From an uncultured Desulfobacter sp. (GTDB lineage Bacteria > Desulfobacterota > Desulfobacteria > Desulfobacterales > Desulfobacteraceae), in the NCBI GenBank assembly GCA_963665095.1, contig OY762069.1, positions 1,792,001 to 1,856,000 of the forward strand: 64,000 bases of DNA, in the 5' to 3' direction. How positions within the stretch are numbered: the stretch's first letter is position 1; each line of letters begins with the position of its first letter. The notes beneath the pieces were generated by a model. The model worked only from the letters and a program-made list of their open reading frames with translations. It was not told the origin of the DNA and ran no database searches. Made by a program: the position numbers and the translations under genes. Positions 52,201 to 62,206 of this stretch are shown in pieces.

Positions 52201-52823
52201 TGATCCAGCCTGCAGATAAGCCGGTCTGCTTCGTCAAAAAAATTGCCGGTGGCGCATTGCTCCTGCTTCTCTTTACTGAAAATTTCAAATTGGATGCCGA
52301 ATTTTTCAAGCAGCTCATCCTGCCACTGCTCAGACAATGAACCCGGACAAACAATTAAAATCCGTTTTGCATCGGCCCGCATCAGTAATTCACGAATCAG
52401 GAGCCCGGCCATTACAGTTTTTCCTGCTCCCGGATCATCGGCAAGGACAAAACGCAGGGGTTGCCGGGGCAGCATGGATTCATACACGGCTGAAATTTGA
52501 TGGGGAAGAGGTTCTACATTTGAAGTGTGGACGGCCATCATGGGGTCAAACAATGCGGCCTGGGAAATACGAAAGGCTTCAAGACCGAGTTTAAACTCCT
52601 GGCCAGGCGCATCAAAGGCCCAGGGTCTTCCGGCCTTGGCAAGTTCCAGACGACTTTCATCGGATCTAAACAGCATCTGCTCAGCAAGACGGCCTTGACT
52701 ATCCTTATAATATACGGTGAGAGCTGAGTCGCCCACCGGTTCAACCTGTACGATTCTGACGACCTCTTCAGGCTGAATACCCCTTATCTGGGCATCTTTT
52801 TTTATATCTTCGAGTCTAAGCAT
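49266..52823 (-). CDS. SNF2-family helicase with C-terminal DUF3883 nuclease
   Basis: [44 protein letters not shown], and C-terminal GWDV...HIEVKG. Confidence 0.93.
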   Translation of the reverse strand: MLRLEDIKKDAQIRGIQPEEVVRIVQVEPVGDSALTVYYKDSQGRLAEQMLFRSDESRLELAKAGRPWAFDAPGQEFKLGLEAFRISQAALFDPMMAVHTSNVEPLPHQISAVYESMLPRQPLRFVLADDPGAGKTVMAGLLIRELLMRADAKRILIVCPGSLSEQWQDELLEKFGIQFEIFSKEKQEQCATGNFFDEADRLICRLDQLSRNEDFQAKLKNTDWDLVIVDEAHKLSASYFGNKVNKTKRFQFGELLGSITRHFLLMTATPHNGKEEDFQIWLSLLDGDRFYGKFREGAHKVDVSDMMRRMVKEELLKFDGTKLFPERKAYTVNYQLSDMEAELYSEVTKYVREEMNRADKLNGKKKNTIGFALTQLQRRLASSPEAIFQSLKRRRKRLESRLEETKLLARGEAVRSDGVAETVGTYNVQKTIDLPDNLDELDEDLNAEEYEIFAEQVVDQATAAETVPELEAEILSLKRLELQAFDVVQSNMDKKWEELSSLMQNNPEMLNSAGSRRKMIIFTEHKDTLNYLSSKIMDMLGDPNAVRIIYGGTNRDDRRKIQEEFRNDAEVVILIATDAAGEGVNLQNANLMVNYDLPWNPNRLEQRFGRIHRIGQTEVCHLWNIVASETREGEVFQKLFTKIEIEKEALGGKVFDVLGEAFDNVSLKDLLIKAIRYGEDPEVKARMNEVIDNTLDTERLKDILRRNALVEQHMSLEDLYAVKEEMEKAEARKLQPYFIRSFFTEAFQSLGGEIRSRESGRFEIRHVPASIRERDRVIGETRTPVLKKYERICFEKHAIRQYNKPMADLIHPGHPLMHASTDLILQAHRAKLKQGAVMVDPNDDGQTPRVMFMVDHSVRETSGVGTQAPRVASRRLQFVEIDGGGNSYNAGWAPHLDLLPIDDYDKNLVQDILQAPWLSNNLESLALNHATANLVPDHYKEIKERRERQADKIITAVKERLVKEINYWSDRYIKLKDDVSSGKQPRMQPEMARRRVDELTARLKQRESEIETMRNVVSSTPVIIGGALVIPQGLLAHRKGEVQSPIDAEAKAKVERIAMKAVMDLEKGFGHEVKDVGAEKCGWDVTARPPVNPDGSMKMDRHIEVKGRSKGQSTITVSRNEILYGLNQADKFILAVVIVDNDTYEGPFYIKNPFHVEPDFGVASINYDLQDLLSKAVDPEQTLEN

Positions 52824-53096
52824 TCATTCCCCCGCCCCCAACACTGTTTAATTATGTCCCATGGATGTCCCGCACAAGCAGTCAAAAATTTGGTTACTTA
52901 TACCTTGAAAAAACTAATCTAAGATTAAAATTGTATAAACGGAACATCCTTTACATTTTGAAAGATTACTGGTTCGGCCACAGCTAACTTTCTTTATTTT
53001 TCAGATATCAAACCAATTATCCGGATACAACGATTATTCGACTGATGACTATATCAAAAATAGATTTTCATGAATACAGGAGATAATAGTCAAAGC

Positions 53097-53756
53097 TTAC
53101 CCGCCCCGGGAAAGAGGTAAGGCATTCCTCCTGAACCAAGAGGCTGGAGCCATTTTGCGAAACTCATTTATTTTAAATCTAAAGGGGCAAACACCAAGTC
53201 TTTTTCCACATCCGCAAGGACAGGGCCTTTTATTTGCTTTCCGCTTTTTAAGACCTAACAACGCAACAGCTTGTTCGACTTGACAACGTTCTTTTAAATC
53301 AAAAATGGCGGAATAGTCGTCTATGAGTCCCGTGGTTCCGTGTCCAAGTTCACCCAATACAAACGCCCCACCGTTTTTTAACTTATACGAGACCGCATAG
53401 AGATATGGAATCAAGCACTTGTCTGTAAAGCCGCTTAAATCGGGAGTGCTGTATATTTTTTTTAGAAGTCTTAATGGAGATCCGAGGCAAAGCGATCCGT
53501 CTTGGTTCACATGATGATCAGCCTCACGAGGTATTTTCCCGCCAGTTTCTCTTACCGTCGGGATACTGCTCGGGAATTGATCCGGGATAATAATTTCAAG
53601 CTTGTATGAATCTTCTACTTCATCATTGCCATCTACATTGGCGATGAATCTAAAATTCCCATGTAAGCGGACACTGGAATCTAAGCTTGGAGAAATTGAC
53701 ATGCCCGGATAATCGTCCAGAAATTGTTCCAGATTTTTTAATGCATTAAGCCCCAT
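53097..53756 (-). CDS. CBASS-associated prokaryotic E2 (UBC-like) protein with SEC-C-like Zn motif
   Basis: YKLEIIIPDQFP..IPTV.E, HVNQDGSLCLG (E2 catalytic Cys context), C-terminal PCPCGCGK...C. Starts 3 nt after the CD-NTase stop. Confidence 0.78.
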   Translation of the reverse strand: MGLNALKNLEQFLDDYPGMSISPSLDSSVRLHGNFRFIANVDGNDEVEDSYKLEIIIPDQFPSSIPTVRETGGKIPREADHHVNQDGSLCLGSPLRLLKKIYSTPDLSGFTDKCLIPYLYAVSYKLKNGGAFVLGELGHGTTGLIDDYSAIFDLKERCQVEQAVALLGLKKRKANKRPCPCGCGKRLGVCPFRFKINEFRKMAPASWFRRNALPLSRGG

Positions 53757-53798
53757 TTATTACCATTTCCACGGCCTGTTTGATTCCTGCCGGTCAAT

Positions 53799-53828
53799 AG
53801 TATGTCTTTTGGGAGTATGTCTTTTGGG
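53799..53828. repeat. Perfect 15-bp tandem duplication in the CD-NTase tail
   Basis: AGTATGTCTTTTGGG twice, encoding PKRHT-PKRHT. Confidence 0.85.
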
Positions 53829-54194
53829 TATTATGTAACTGGTTGTGGTTGCACCTATGCCCATGTGTTTGGTTAAATTTGATTTGTTGAGCTTTAATCC
53901 AAACTTACTTTCCACTATCTCGCAAAGAAATTCGGTATTGTCTGTAGACAAAATATGTTGAACGTCCTTTTGCGCTTGGAAAAGCCAGGCAAAAAAGTTT
54001 TTTTCGAGCATAAGATGGGCGCTGTCTGGTCTATACCAACGGTCCGCAAAATCCTCATCAGGGTCCACTGGGTTCGGGACTTTGGGTCTTACAGGATTGA
54101 CGAATTCTCCCATCCTTTCCAATATACCCATCAGAGCGGGTACTACATCAGCATCCCCATTATATGCCCGTGAAGCCAATGTTGTGATAATTAT

Positions 54195-55511
54195 CAGTAG
54201 TGTCCGGTTAGGTTTTTGCTTGCGCTGTACTTGTGATTTTTTGATCTTTGACAATATTGTCTCTGTTTAAACCCTCAGTCGCACCCTGGTTCTGCTCGAT
54301 CAGATCATTCAAGATGGCTGTTCTTAGCTGTCGAACCCTTTTAACAGAAACCTTCTCGTTAAATTCGTCTCGGCAATAGATTGCCAGCAACAGGTACGTG
54401 ATGAGGCCACTAAGGATTTGCACCATGAGGCCATATTCACTACGGGCAATGAGGTGGTAAACTTTCAGGTGCTCTTTCCACCATTTGAAAAAATCTTCAA
54501 TGGTCCACCGGAGTTTATAAACGGTCGCTATTTGTTCTGCTGTTAAATCATGCCTGTCCGTTGCCACATAGTATTTCACACCGGCAATTTTATAGCCAAC
54601 AACCCGAACCGGCATTTTCGTCTGGTTTTGATTCGGAGTGCCAAGAAGAACCAGAGCGTCATAAAAGATGTAACTGTCAGCGTTGACTTCGTGAGTATCA
54701 ATTACCGTTCTGGTTGTTTTGGCTTTTATACGGCAAACAAAATGCTTGCCCTGCGCCTGAAGCAGATCAAAATCGTGATGTGATTGATAACCACGATCCA
54801 TGACACCAGTTTGCCCTTTGGAAAGTATCTTTGGAACAAAAGGACGCTCAGCTCCATTGCCCTCTGTCAGAAATATTTTGTTTGGAATGCCGTGATTAAT
54901 ATCAAATCCGCAATGTGCTTTGGCTTTCTTGCTTCCTTTCCTGTAGTTGGCCCAATGCATTGAAAGAACAGCATTTATAAGACTGCCGTCAATGGATACC
55001 AGATCGCCCAACTCAGCATGCTCCTTTGGTAGACACCCAACAGCCTGTTTATAAAGGTCTTCGAACAAAAATTGCAGTTGTTCAAGCCCTCGGTGGTTGA
55101 CTGCTTCGCAAAAGCTACTGCGGCTGATACCGCCTTCCGGAGCAATATGTTCTTTGGCAAAAATATTTTCCTTGAGATCTTGGACTAAATGCCGGGCTGA
55201 TTTGTGTTCCTGCAGATGGAAATAAATCAGGGCATTTATCTGGTCTTCGAATGTCATTTTTAACGGTCGGTCTCCTCGAGATTTCAATTCTGGTGCTTGT
55301 GGAAACGACCTTATCAGAGGGTCACGAAACTTGTCAAAATTCAGGGACTGTATTGTGGCTTTGGTAATTGAAATGCGCGTCATTTGGGCTCCTTGATAAA
55401 ATTTTTCAAGGCGCGCAAAAATTTTTACGCACATTTGTCAACATAAAAATGACGTTTTTTTGAATAATTTTAGATGTTTTTTATATGCAACAACCTAACC
55501 GGACACTACTG
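54195..55511 (-). mobile_element. IS4-family insertion sequence
   Basis: 20-bp perfect IR CAGTAGTGTCCGGTTAGGTT and 9-bp TSD GATAATTAT (54186-54194, 55512-55520). Confidence 0.95.
54208..55383 (-). CDS. IS4-family transposase
   Basis: SIDGS, VMDRGY, and Y-R-E-K motif YKLRWTIEDFFKWWK. AAGGAG RBS before ATG at 55383. Confidence 0.93.
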   Translation of the reverse strand: MTRISITKATIQSLNFDKFRDPLIRSFPQAPELKSRGDRPLKMTFEDQINALIYFHLQEHKSARHLVQDLKENIFAKEHIAPEGGISRSSFCEAVNHRGLEQLQFLFEDLYKQAVGCLPKEHAELGDLVSIDGSLINAVLSMHWANYRKGSKKAKAHCGFDINHGIPNKIFLTEGNGAERPFVPKILSKGQTGVMDRGYQSHHDFDLLQAQGKHFVCRIKAKTTRTVIDTHEVNADSYIFYDALVLLGTPNQNQTKMPVRVVGYKIAGVKYYVATDRHDLTAEQIATVYKLRWTIEDFFKWWKEHLKVYHLIARSEYGLMVQILSGLITYLLLAIYCRDEFNEKVSVKRVRQLRTAILNDLIEQNQGATEGLNRDNIVKDQKITSTAQAKT

Positions 55512-56308
55512 GATAATTATGGAAATGGGTTTCGAGTCGGGATTTTTCTTGCTCCAGCTATCCCTATGTCTCTTTAGTAGCTGTATCACGCGCTGTAAAG
55601 GGGTTTTTCTCGTGAATAAAGGAACATCATCAATCTGGGCCTTTTCTAAAGCAACGACCGTTTGTTGTGGGTTCATTCGATATTCAAACCATTTGGCATA
55701 TCCTTCTGGATTACTAATATTCCAGTCTTTGCAGATATGCTTGAAGTCTTTATGCCGATCATCAGTAATTGAAACTGTTAATTCGGATGCTGAGCCTGCG
55801 ACAACATCATCCATTTTTGTTTCTATCAGAGACTCAAAAATAGCTTTACGCAAGTTTTCATCAGCAGGAATACACGGAACAATATCCATGTGAAAACTGA
55901 TCTCGTCCTGATATTCAAGCCGCCAGCAGCGATGTTTTGCTTCAAGTTTATTTTTGATACCACGAGCCTTCCGATAAGCCTCAAGCTCATCACCGATTAG
56001 AATTTTTAGGGCCTCTTGGGTATCGGAATCTTTGCGAACCCCCTCCTGGAGCTTGCAGGCAAGATCAAGATCATATTCTTCACTGTCATCTATGGGGCGA
56101 ATGGCTGTTCCTAATCGGAAAGACCCTTGTGGAAAAATATGGGGTTGATTTATCGAAACGGCTGATTCATCACGATCAAACCACGCCCCGAGATCTTCAT
56201 ATCTTTTACGGGCTTTATCATATGCAAAATCCGGCAGTTCCAGGCCTTCTATTATGTGGTTGAGTATGACTGCTTTCTGCTCATTAGTGACCAATATTTG
56301 TCTCCTTC

Positions 56309-57238
56309 TTATTTAAGAAACTGAATGAGAGCTGGGGATTCATGCGTGAAATCATGATCAGCTTTTGTTACGAGGTCGTCTATTTTTGACACATCATCCA
56401 ATGGCAATGGCAAATCGGATTCAAAGTCGATCCGCTTAATTTGGTCCGGTCGAAGTTGCAAATTCAGGTAATTCATTGCACTCTGACTCTGTAAGGATAG
56501 AATGAAATTGATAAAATCTTTGTTTTTCCAGCCATTGAAAAGCCCCCACTTGCGATGACGACTGGTTTCGTACATTGTTTTGGAATGACCGGTGCCAATC
56601 GTCAGGACCTGGATGTCATCTTGTTTTATTCCAAGGCGTTTTTGTGCATCAATAACTGCTGCCAATGCCGGATTATTAGCCCAAAGACCGCCATCAGCGA
56701 GAAGATAATGCTCAAGCTTAAACGGATCAAAGTAAGTTGGCGCTGCGCAGGAAGCCATTACTGCATCCTTAACCAATACCCCGTTATCCCGGGTGAAATC
56801 CTTGGAATAACCTGACTTCAAAACATGGACACACCCATTTCCAATATCTGTGGACGGCATCAGTAATGGTTTTTGGATTTCGCCTAAACATTTGTCCTGG
56901 AATGCCTCTTTAAGAACATTTTCCAGATATTGAGCACTATATATACTCTCAAACATAGGTTGAATCTTGTTTTTCAGTTTTCTTCCAGGCCAGTGCAATT
57001 TCTTTTTTTGAAAAATACCTGCACCATGTTTTTTGTACATTGTAATTACATCAGCCGGCTTCATGCCAGTAGCCAACCCGGCTGCTATAATTGAACCAGT
57101 GCTTGTCCCGGCTATCATATCGAACGTGTCAAATAAATTTATTTTAAGGCGTTCTTCGATACATCTTAGAATATGGGCGGGATAGACACCGCGAATCCCT
57201 CCGCCATCGATGCTCAATATCCTGAATATCTGACCCAT
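56309..57238 (-). CDS. capV: Patatin-like phospholipase, CBASS effector (CapV/CapE-like)
   Basis: RILSIDGGGIRG, GTSTG nucleophile elbow, ASCAAPTYF, DGGLWANNP. Directly upstream of the CD-NTase, likely start MGQIF at 57238. Confidence 0.88.
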   Translation of the reverse strand: MGQIFRILSIDGGGIRGVYPAHILRCIEERLKINLFDTFDMIAGTSTGSIIAAGLATGMKPADVITMYKKHGAGIFQKKKLHWPGRKLKNKIQPMFESIYSAQYLENVLKEAFQDKCLGEIQKPLLMPSTDIGNGCVHVLKSGYSKDFTRDNGVLVKDAVMASCAAPTYFDPFKLEHYLLADGGLWANNPALAAVIDAQKRLGIKQDDIQVLTIGTGHSKTMYETSRHRKWGLFNGWKNKDFINFILSLQSQSAMNYLNLQLRPDQIKRIDFESDLPLPLDDVSKIDDLVTKADHDFTHESPALIQFLK

Positions 57239-57248
57239 GCCCCCCCTC

Positions 57249-57482
57249 TTACTTTTTATCCTCTGGCGGGCATGGGTCATTACCATAACTGTTCCCGGCG
57301 CGAATCCTTCCGTTTTCACCATGAATTTTTGTATCTGACTTTTGATTTCTGGCGATACTTTCTGCAACTTTAATGGCTTGTTTCTGTGTCTGGGTCACTT
57401 TAGTTGCCTTTGTATTCCCTTCACCTTTGACGGCCCATCCATTCGAATGTTTTACAACATGCTGATTTTTACCTTTTGGCAT
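57249..57482 (-). CDS. DUF2188-family small protein
   Basis: HVV....GWAVK.EG...AT....TQ.QAI..A..IA.......IH..NG.IR..NSYGNDPCPP. AGGAGG RBS. Confidence 0.85.
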   Translation of the reverse strand: MPKGKNQHVVKHSNGWAVKGEGNTKATKVTQTQKQAIKVAESIARNQKSDTKIHGENGRIRAGNSYGNDPCPPEDKK

Positions 57483-57673
57483 AATACTGCCTCCTTATAA
57501 TAGTTTTTATACACTGATTAAAAATAACACTTCAAAGTATAGTGTCAATATCAAAAAAGAGTTTTTTTTAAAAAAACATACTTTCTAATATCACAAAATG
57601 CCATTAATATCACATTAACGCATTTTTAATGATAATTTTGACATGTATGACAACTTTATGGTATGTCAAAGTC

Positions 57674-58825
57674 ATGGAAAATATAAAATTAAAATGTATA
57701 GGCTCAAATATCAGATGGCTAAGACAGCAAGATGGACTTACGATTGCAGAGTTAGCTTCTCGGGTCGGCATAAAAGCTGTTCCATTAGGAAGGATAGAAC
57801 GGTCTGAAAATGTTCCGTCAACGTCTGTTCTTTACAATATGTCAAAGGAATTCAAGATCCCCATTGATGCCTTTTTTTCGGAAAGCATAGAGAAACTTCA
57901 ATCATATAAACAAAAGGCGTCAAAACAGCCGACGCAGATTAATGAAAAATATTTTTTGGGGAATCTATCTCAGAATACCAAAAACATGGTGATAGAAATT
58001 ATTGAATCTATCAAGAATTTAGAAAAAATTTGCGAAGTGAAAAAACATGCAAATATTCCATTACTTATCCCATTTATTGAAGACAGACATGGAATAGAAA
58101 ACCTTGCCGCAAAAGTTCGTCAATATATGGATATCGGCAGTGGTATTGCCTTTGATTATTTTGAACTCTTCGAAAGAAAGGGGCTCAAAGCGATTTCGAT
58201 TCCATTGCCTAAAAATATTTTTAGTTTTTCCTATTATGATCACATCTATCAAAACGCCTTTTTTTTCATCAACTCGAAAACAACACCGGAACGACAAACT
58301 TTCAGTTTGGTATACGAATTAGGTCGCCTATTAATATCTTCTTATTCAATTCAGCGAGCCGAAGAGCTCTTTCCAGACGACGATTCTGCAGAATTCGATG
58401 AAAAACCGTTTACGGTTCACAGAGCAGCCCGCCTATTCGCAGCAAGCTTTTTGATGCCCAAGGTAAACATTCATAATACCGTCGCTCAATTAAATGTTAA
58501 GAAGAAAGGCTGGTCATACGAGTTATTGCTTCGGGTTAAGCATAGATATGGTGTTTCCGCTCAAGCATTGTTGATAAGGCTACAGGAACTTGATCAAATA
58601 GATAGTGCTATGGCTGAAATTTGTAATAAAAAATTACAAGCCTACTACGAGGAAACTGGATATAAAGAGCCTGGATCATCCAAAAAAATTTTAATCCCCA
58701 ATGGGAGATTATGGGATTTACTGTTAATTGGTGAAAGCATTGATGACAAAAAAAACGAAATTGAACAAATACGTGACATATTAATAAAATGGAAGCTTCC
58801 CAATAAAAACTGGGATGAAATTTAG
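57674..58825 (+). CDS. XRE-family HTH fused to an ImmA/IrrE-like domain with degenerate metal motif
   Basis: IGSNIRWLRQQ.GLT..ELA HTH, ERQTFSLVYELGR (HExxH replaced), A..FAASFLMP, YGVS.QAL..RL. Confidence 0.85.
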   Translation: MENIKLKCIGSNIRWLRQQDGLTIAELASRVGIKAVPLGRIERSENVPSTSVLYNMSKEFKIPIDAFFSESIEKLQSYKQKASKQPTQINEKYFLGNLSQNTKNMVIEIIESIKNLEKICEVKKHANIPLLIPFIEDRHGIENLAAKVRQYMDIGSGIAFDYFELFERKGLKAISIPLPKNIFSFSYYDHIYQNAFFFINSKTTPERQTFSLVYELGRLLISSYSIQRAEELFPDDDSAEFDEKPFTVHRAARLFAASFLMPKVNIHNTVAQLNVKKKGWSYELLLRVKHRYGVSAQALLIRLQELDQIDSAMAEICNKKLQAYYEETGYKEPGSSKKILIPNGRLWDLLLIGESIDDKKNEIEQIRDILIKWKLPNKNWDEI

Positions 58826-59078
58826 GCCCACAACAATTTTGAACCCTCAATAATTCAGGAAGTTCAGGTTGGGACAGATCAAAACGAGAAGACTGTCAAT
58901 CAAAGACAGAACTTGAAAATCGTCACAATTGTAAAACTAAGTTCGATATATAAACAACCAAAGATGATATTTCGGTGATAACGGTAGAATATGAATAAGT
59001 ATGGACCCAATCCCAACAAGCAAAAACTGAGGACTATATTCGAGATATAAATCTCAAAATGCCTATTTGATACCCCCA

Positions 59079-59405
59079 GACTATTATTAATATTCAATAC
59101 TTTGAGATTGCTTGTTTTTCAGGATTTTTGATATTGATAATGAGCGAGCCCTATTATTATCAGTCGCCCAAGCCGATTTAGAATCCGCATTCAATAACAT
59201 AAGCATTGTTTAGGGGGGGGGGGGGCAATTTCCCCCGGAGGATCATGTCAAAAAATCGAAATCTTTTGATTTTTATAATGTTGGTGGGAATGCCTGTTAT
59301 TTTTGCAACGTAATTTTTTGTCTCTTAAGGCATCTGCCCTGGTCGGGTATCCAGGTTCTCCATTCCCGGTTATATGCGGGGGTGACGCCCGACTCCCTGG
59401 CTGTA
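59079..59405 (+). repeat. Direct repeat copy 1 (327 bp) of an unidentified non-coding element
   Basis: GACTATTATTAATATT...CGACTCCCTGGCTGTA, near-identical to 62648-62966. Confidence 0.92.
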
Positions 59406-59603
59406 ACCAAGCGGGGTCATGCAGTTTTGATAGACCGCATAACTACCAACTTCTTCTAGTTGGCTTTTGACAAGTCTTCTTCCACGCTTAGGAGAAACTA
59501 TCTCCCCCAACGGCTTCCACGCCACCTCAACCCCATCCAGCAGTTTTTCCATAAATAAAGAAATCTTCTGTGTATTCCGTGTATTCCGTGGTTCCACACT
59601 CAT
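59403..59603 (-). pseudogene. hsdS: Type I RM specificity subunit, 5' fragment only
   Basis: FMEKLLDGVEVAWKPLGEI...KRGRRL...AVYQN..TPLGY, then runs into the direct repeat. Confidence 0.85.
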
Positions 59604-60415
59604 AAGCTGCCGCCCTCCAGCCGTTGAATGCTGCTATCTTCGGTCAGCAGACGCATCTGATGAATGGCCGTATTATTCAGCAGCCTTAATCGTTCGCCCT
59701 GGGGAAGCGCCTGCTGGATCAAGTGCGCATTCAAGGTCTCGAGATTGGCCAGACACACCAGTTGAGAGACATTGGCGTAGTCACGCATATTCCCTTTTTT
59801 GTCCGGGTCTTCATTCCGCCATTGTTTTGCAGTTTTGCCAAACAGCGCCATATTGAGCAGGTCGGCCTCCGAGGCATAAACCAGGCTGATCTGCTGTTGG
59901 GTCAAGGCCGGTGGAATAAGGTTTTCTTTTACCGCATCGGTGTGAATCCGGTAGTTGATTTTGGTCAGCTGGCGTTTGACATCCCACCCCAGCTGTTTGT
60001 GCTCCGCCGCTTTGAGCCGCTGGAATTCTTTAACCAGATAGATCTTGAATTCGGCACTGATCCACATACCAAACTCAAAAGCGATATCGGGATGGGCATA
60101 GGTGCCGCCATAGCGCCCCGCTTTTGCCTGAATACCGATGGCATGGGTTTGTGCCACCCACTCTTTCACACTGATCTTATAGCTGTTTAACCCTGCCTGA
60201 CTTTTAATTATGGCGAATTCGCCCCAATTAAAATCGGGGTTGTGCACTCGCTCCCATATCCCAAGGTACTCAAGGGTATTACGGTTTCTCAGCCAGTCAG
60301 AAATAAAGAACGCACCATCTTTTGAACGCAGCATGTCGGTTAAGGAAATGTAATCCTCCTGGGTCACGCGGATGGTTTCATTCAGTACCGTGATGGTTTG
60401 CAGTTTTTTACTCAT
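59600..60415 (-). CDS. KilA-N domain DNA-binding protein
   Basis: DYISLTDM, WLRNRNTLEYLG.WE, GRYGGTYAHPDIAFEFG.WIS.EFK.YL. Confidence 0.88.
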   Translation of the reverse strand: MSKKLQTITVLNETIRVTQEDYISLTDMLRSKDGAFFISDWLRNRNTLEYLGIWERVHNPDFNWGEFAIIKSQAGLNSYKISVKEWVAQTHAIGIQAKAGRYGGTYAHPDIAFEFGMWISAEFKIYLVKEFQRLKAAEHKQLGWDVKRQLTKINYRIHTDAVKENLIPPALTQQQISLVYASEADLLNMALFGKTAKQWRNEDPDKKGNMRDYANVSQLVCLANLETLNAHLIQQALPQGERLRLLNNTAIHQMRLLTEDSSIQRLEGGSL

Positions 60416-60417
60416 CT

Positions 60418-61977
60418 CTATGCCCCCTCGATTTCAGCCACAATCGCATCAATATCCGCGCGCAGCTCATCAATCCTGGCCACGGTGGTTTTCAGTTCGG
60501 CATTGAGCCTGGTAATATCAATCACCTCGCGGGTGTCTTTGGCTTCGACATAGGAGCTGACCGACAGGTTGTAATCGTTTGCAGCTATCCGGTCGTGATC
60601 TACGGACTGGGCAAAGTGATCCACCTTCTCTTTGCTGTCAAAGACCTGCATGATCTGCTGGATATGCGTGTCGGTGAGCACATTGTTGTTGGTCTCTTTC
60701 TTGAACAGGGAGCTTGCGTCAATAAACTGGGTGGTGGTGTCGGTTTTGTGTTTGGACAGCACCAGAATGTTGACGGCAATGGTGGTGCCGAAAAACAGGT
60801 TGGGCGCCAGCGAGATCACGGTCTCCACATAGTTGTTATCCACCAGATACTGGCGGATTTTCTTTTCCGCACCGCCCCGGTAGAAAATTCCGGGAAAGCA
60901 GACAATGGCCGCACGGCCTTTGCCGGAAAGATAGCTCAAGGCATGGAGCACAAAGGCAAAATCGGCCTTGGATTTCGGGGCAAGTACACCGGCCGGGGCA
61001 AAGCGGTCATCGTTAATCAGGGTCGGGTCGTCTGCCCCTTTCCACTTCACTGAATAGGGCGGGTTGGAAACAATGGCATCAAAGGGTTTGTCATCGCCGA
61101 AATAAGGGTCGATCAGGGTGTTGCCCAGCCGGATATTGAACTTGTCGTAGTTGATGTTGTGCAAAAACATGTTCATCCGCGCCAGGTTGTAGGTGGTGTG
61201 ATTGATCTCCTGACCGAAGAAGCCCTCTTCAATGATATGGGCGTCAAAATGTTTCTTGGATTGCAGCAGCAGGGAACCTGAGCCGCAGGCCGGGTCATAA
61301 ATTTTATTGACACTGGTCTGTTTGTGCATGGCAAGCTGGGCGATCAGCCTGGATACATGTTGCGGGGTGAAAAACTCGCCCCCGGATTTACCGACGTTGG
61401 CGGCGTAATTTGAGATGAGAAACTCGTAGGCATCACCGAACAGGTCGATCTGACTTTCGTGGCCTTCATTGTAAAAATCGGCACCAAAATCCAGCCCGGC
61501 CACCCCCTTGAGTACAGCGGCCAGACGGGTGTTCTTGTCGGCAACGGTGTTGCCAAGGCGGTTACTGGTGGTGTCGAAATCGGCAAACAGGCCTTTGATG
61601 TCACGCTCTGACGGGTAGCCATTGGCGGAAGCTTCAATGGCGGCAAATATGGCGGCAAGATCCGTATTTAAGCCCTCATTGGTGTTGGCGCCTTCGGCAA
61701 TATTGGCGAACAGTTGGCTGGGATAGATAAAATAGCCCTTGGTTTTAACGGCATCATCTTTGATCTCGGCAGTGATCACGCCATCATCCAGTTCCGCATA
61801 GTTAATGCTGTCATCGTCGGCTTCGATGTAGTTGGCAAAGTTTTCACTGATGAAACGGTAAAACAGGGTGCCGAGTACATATTGCTTAAAATCCCAGCCA
61901 TCCACTGCGCCACGTACATCATTGGCGATCTGCCAGATCTGGCGCTGCAGTGCGGCGCGTTGTTGGTTGCCTGTCAT
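60418..61977 (-). CDS. hsdM: Type I restriction-modification methyltransferase subunit
   Basis: [51 protein letters not shown]. Confidence 0.96.
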   Translation of the reverse strand: MTGNQQRAALQRQIWQIANDVRGAVDGWDFKQYVLGTLFYRFISENFANYIEADDDSINYAELDDGVITAEIKDDAVKTKGYFIYPSQLFANIAEGANTNEGLNTDLAAIFAAIEASANGYPSERDIKGLFADFDTTSNRLGNTVADKNTRLAAVLKGVAGLDFGADFYNEGHESQIDLFGDAYEFLISNYAANVGKSGGEFFTPQHVSRLIAQLAMHKQTSVNKIYDPACGSGSLLLQSKKHFDAHIIEEGFFGQEINHTTYNLARMNMFLHNINYDKFNIRLGNTLIDPYFGDDKPFDAIVSNPPYSVKWKGADDPTLINDDRFAPAGVLAPKSKADFAFVLHALSYLSGKGRAAIVCFPGIFYRGGAEKKIRQYLVDNNYVETVISLAPNLFFGTTIAVNILVLSKHKTDTTTQFIDASSLFKKETNNNVLTDTHIQQIMQVFDSKEKVDHFAQSVDHDRIAANDYNLSVSSYVEAKDTREVIDITRLNAELKTTVARIDELRADIDAIVAEIEGA

Positions 61978-62011
61978 CTATAAACTCCTGATTTAAGTAT
62001 TCGGCTTTGTT

Positions 62012-62206
62012 TTAATCATCTTGTTCATTGCCTGTGGCCGCGCCGCCTGATCGCACCCACTGGTCTACTTCATCTTTCTTGAATTTCCAAAGACGGCCGA
62101 TTTTGTGGGCGGGCATGCTTTTTTCGCTTATCCACTTATATACGGTATCTCGCTTGATTCCGAGATAGTCGCCAATTTCATCTACGGACAACCATCTGTC
62201 TTCCAT
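62012..62206 (-). CDS. Excisionase-like helix-turn-helix protein (HTH_17)
   Basis: RWLSVDEI..YLGI..DTVYKW....MPAHKIGRLWKF...EVD.W. A type often found upstream of hsdM. Confidence 0.88.
   Translation of the reverse strand: MEDRWLSVDEIGDYLGIKRDTVYKWISEKSMPAHKIGRLWKFKKDEVDQWVRSGGAATGNEQDD

Larger units (their letters stand above)
53760..56294 (-). pseudogene. cGAS/DncV-like nucleotidyltransferase (CD-NTase) interrupted by IS4
   Basis: PQGSFRLGT..RP...EYDLDL, FHMDIVP, SNPEGYAKWF, QLLKRHRD, KPISIII|TTLASRAY, NPVDPDEDFADRW. Reconstructed length is 402 aa after removing the IS and one TSD. Confidence 0.92.

Noticed and set aside
53760..54254. 164-aa ORF as an independent gene
   Set aside because: It is the CD-NTase C-terminal half with an N-terminus borrowed from the IS4 end.
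57239..57367. 43-aa N-terminal extension of the patatin
   Set aside because: Overlaps DUF2188 in another frame. The ATG at 57238 has its own G-rich RBS.
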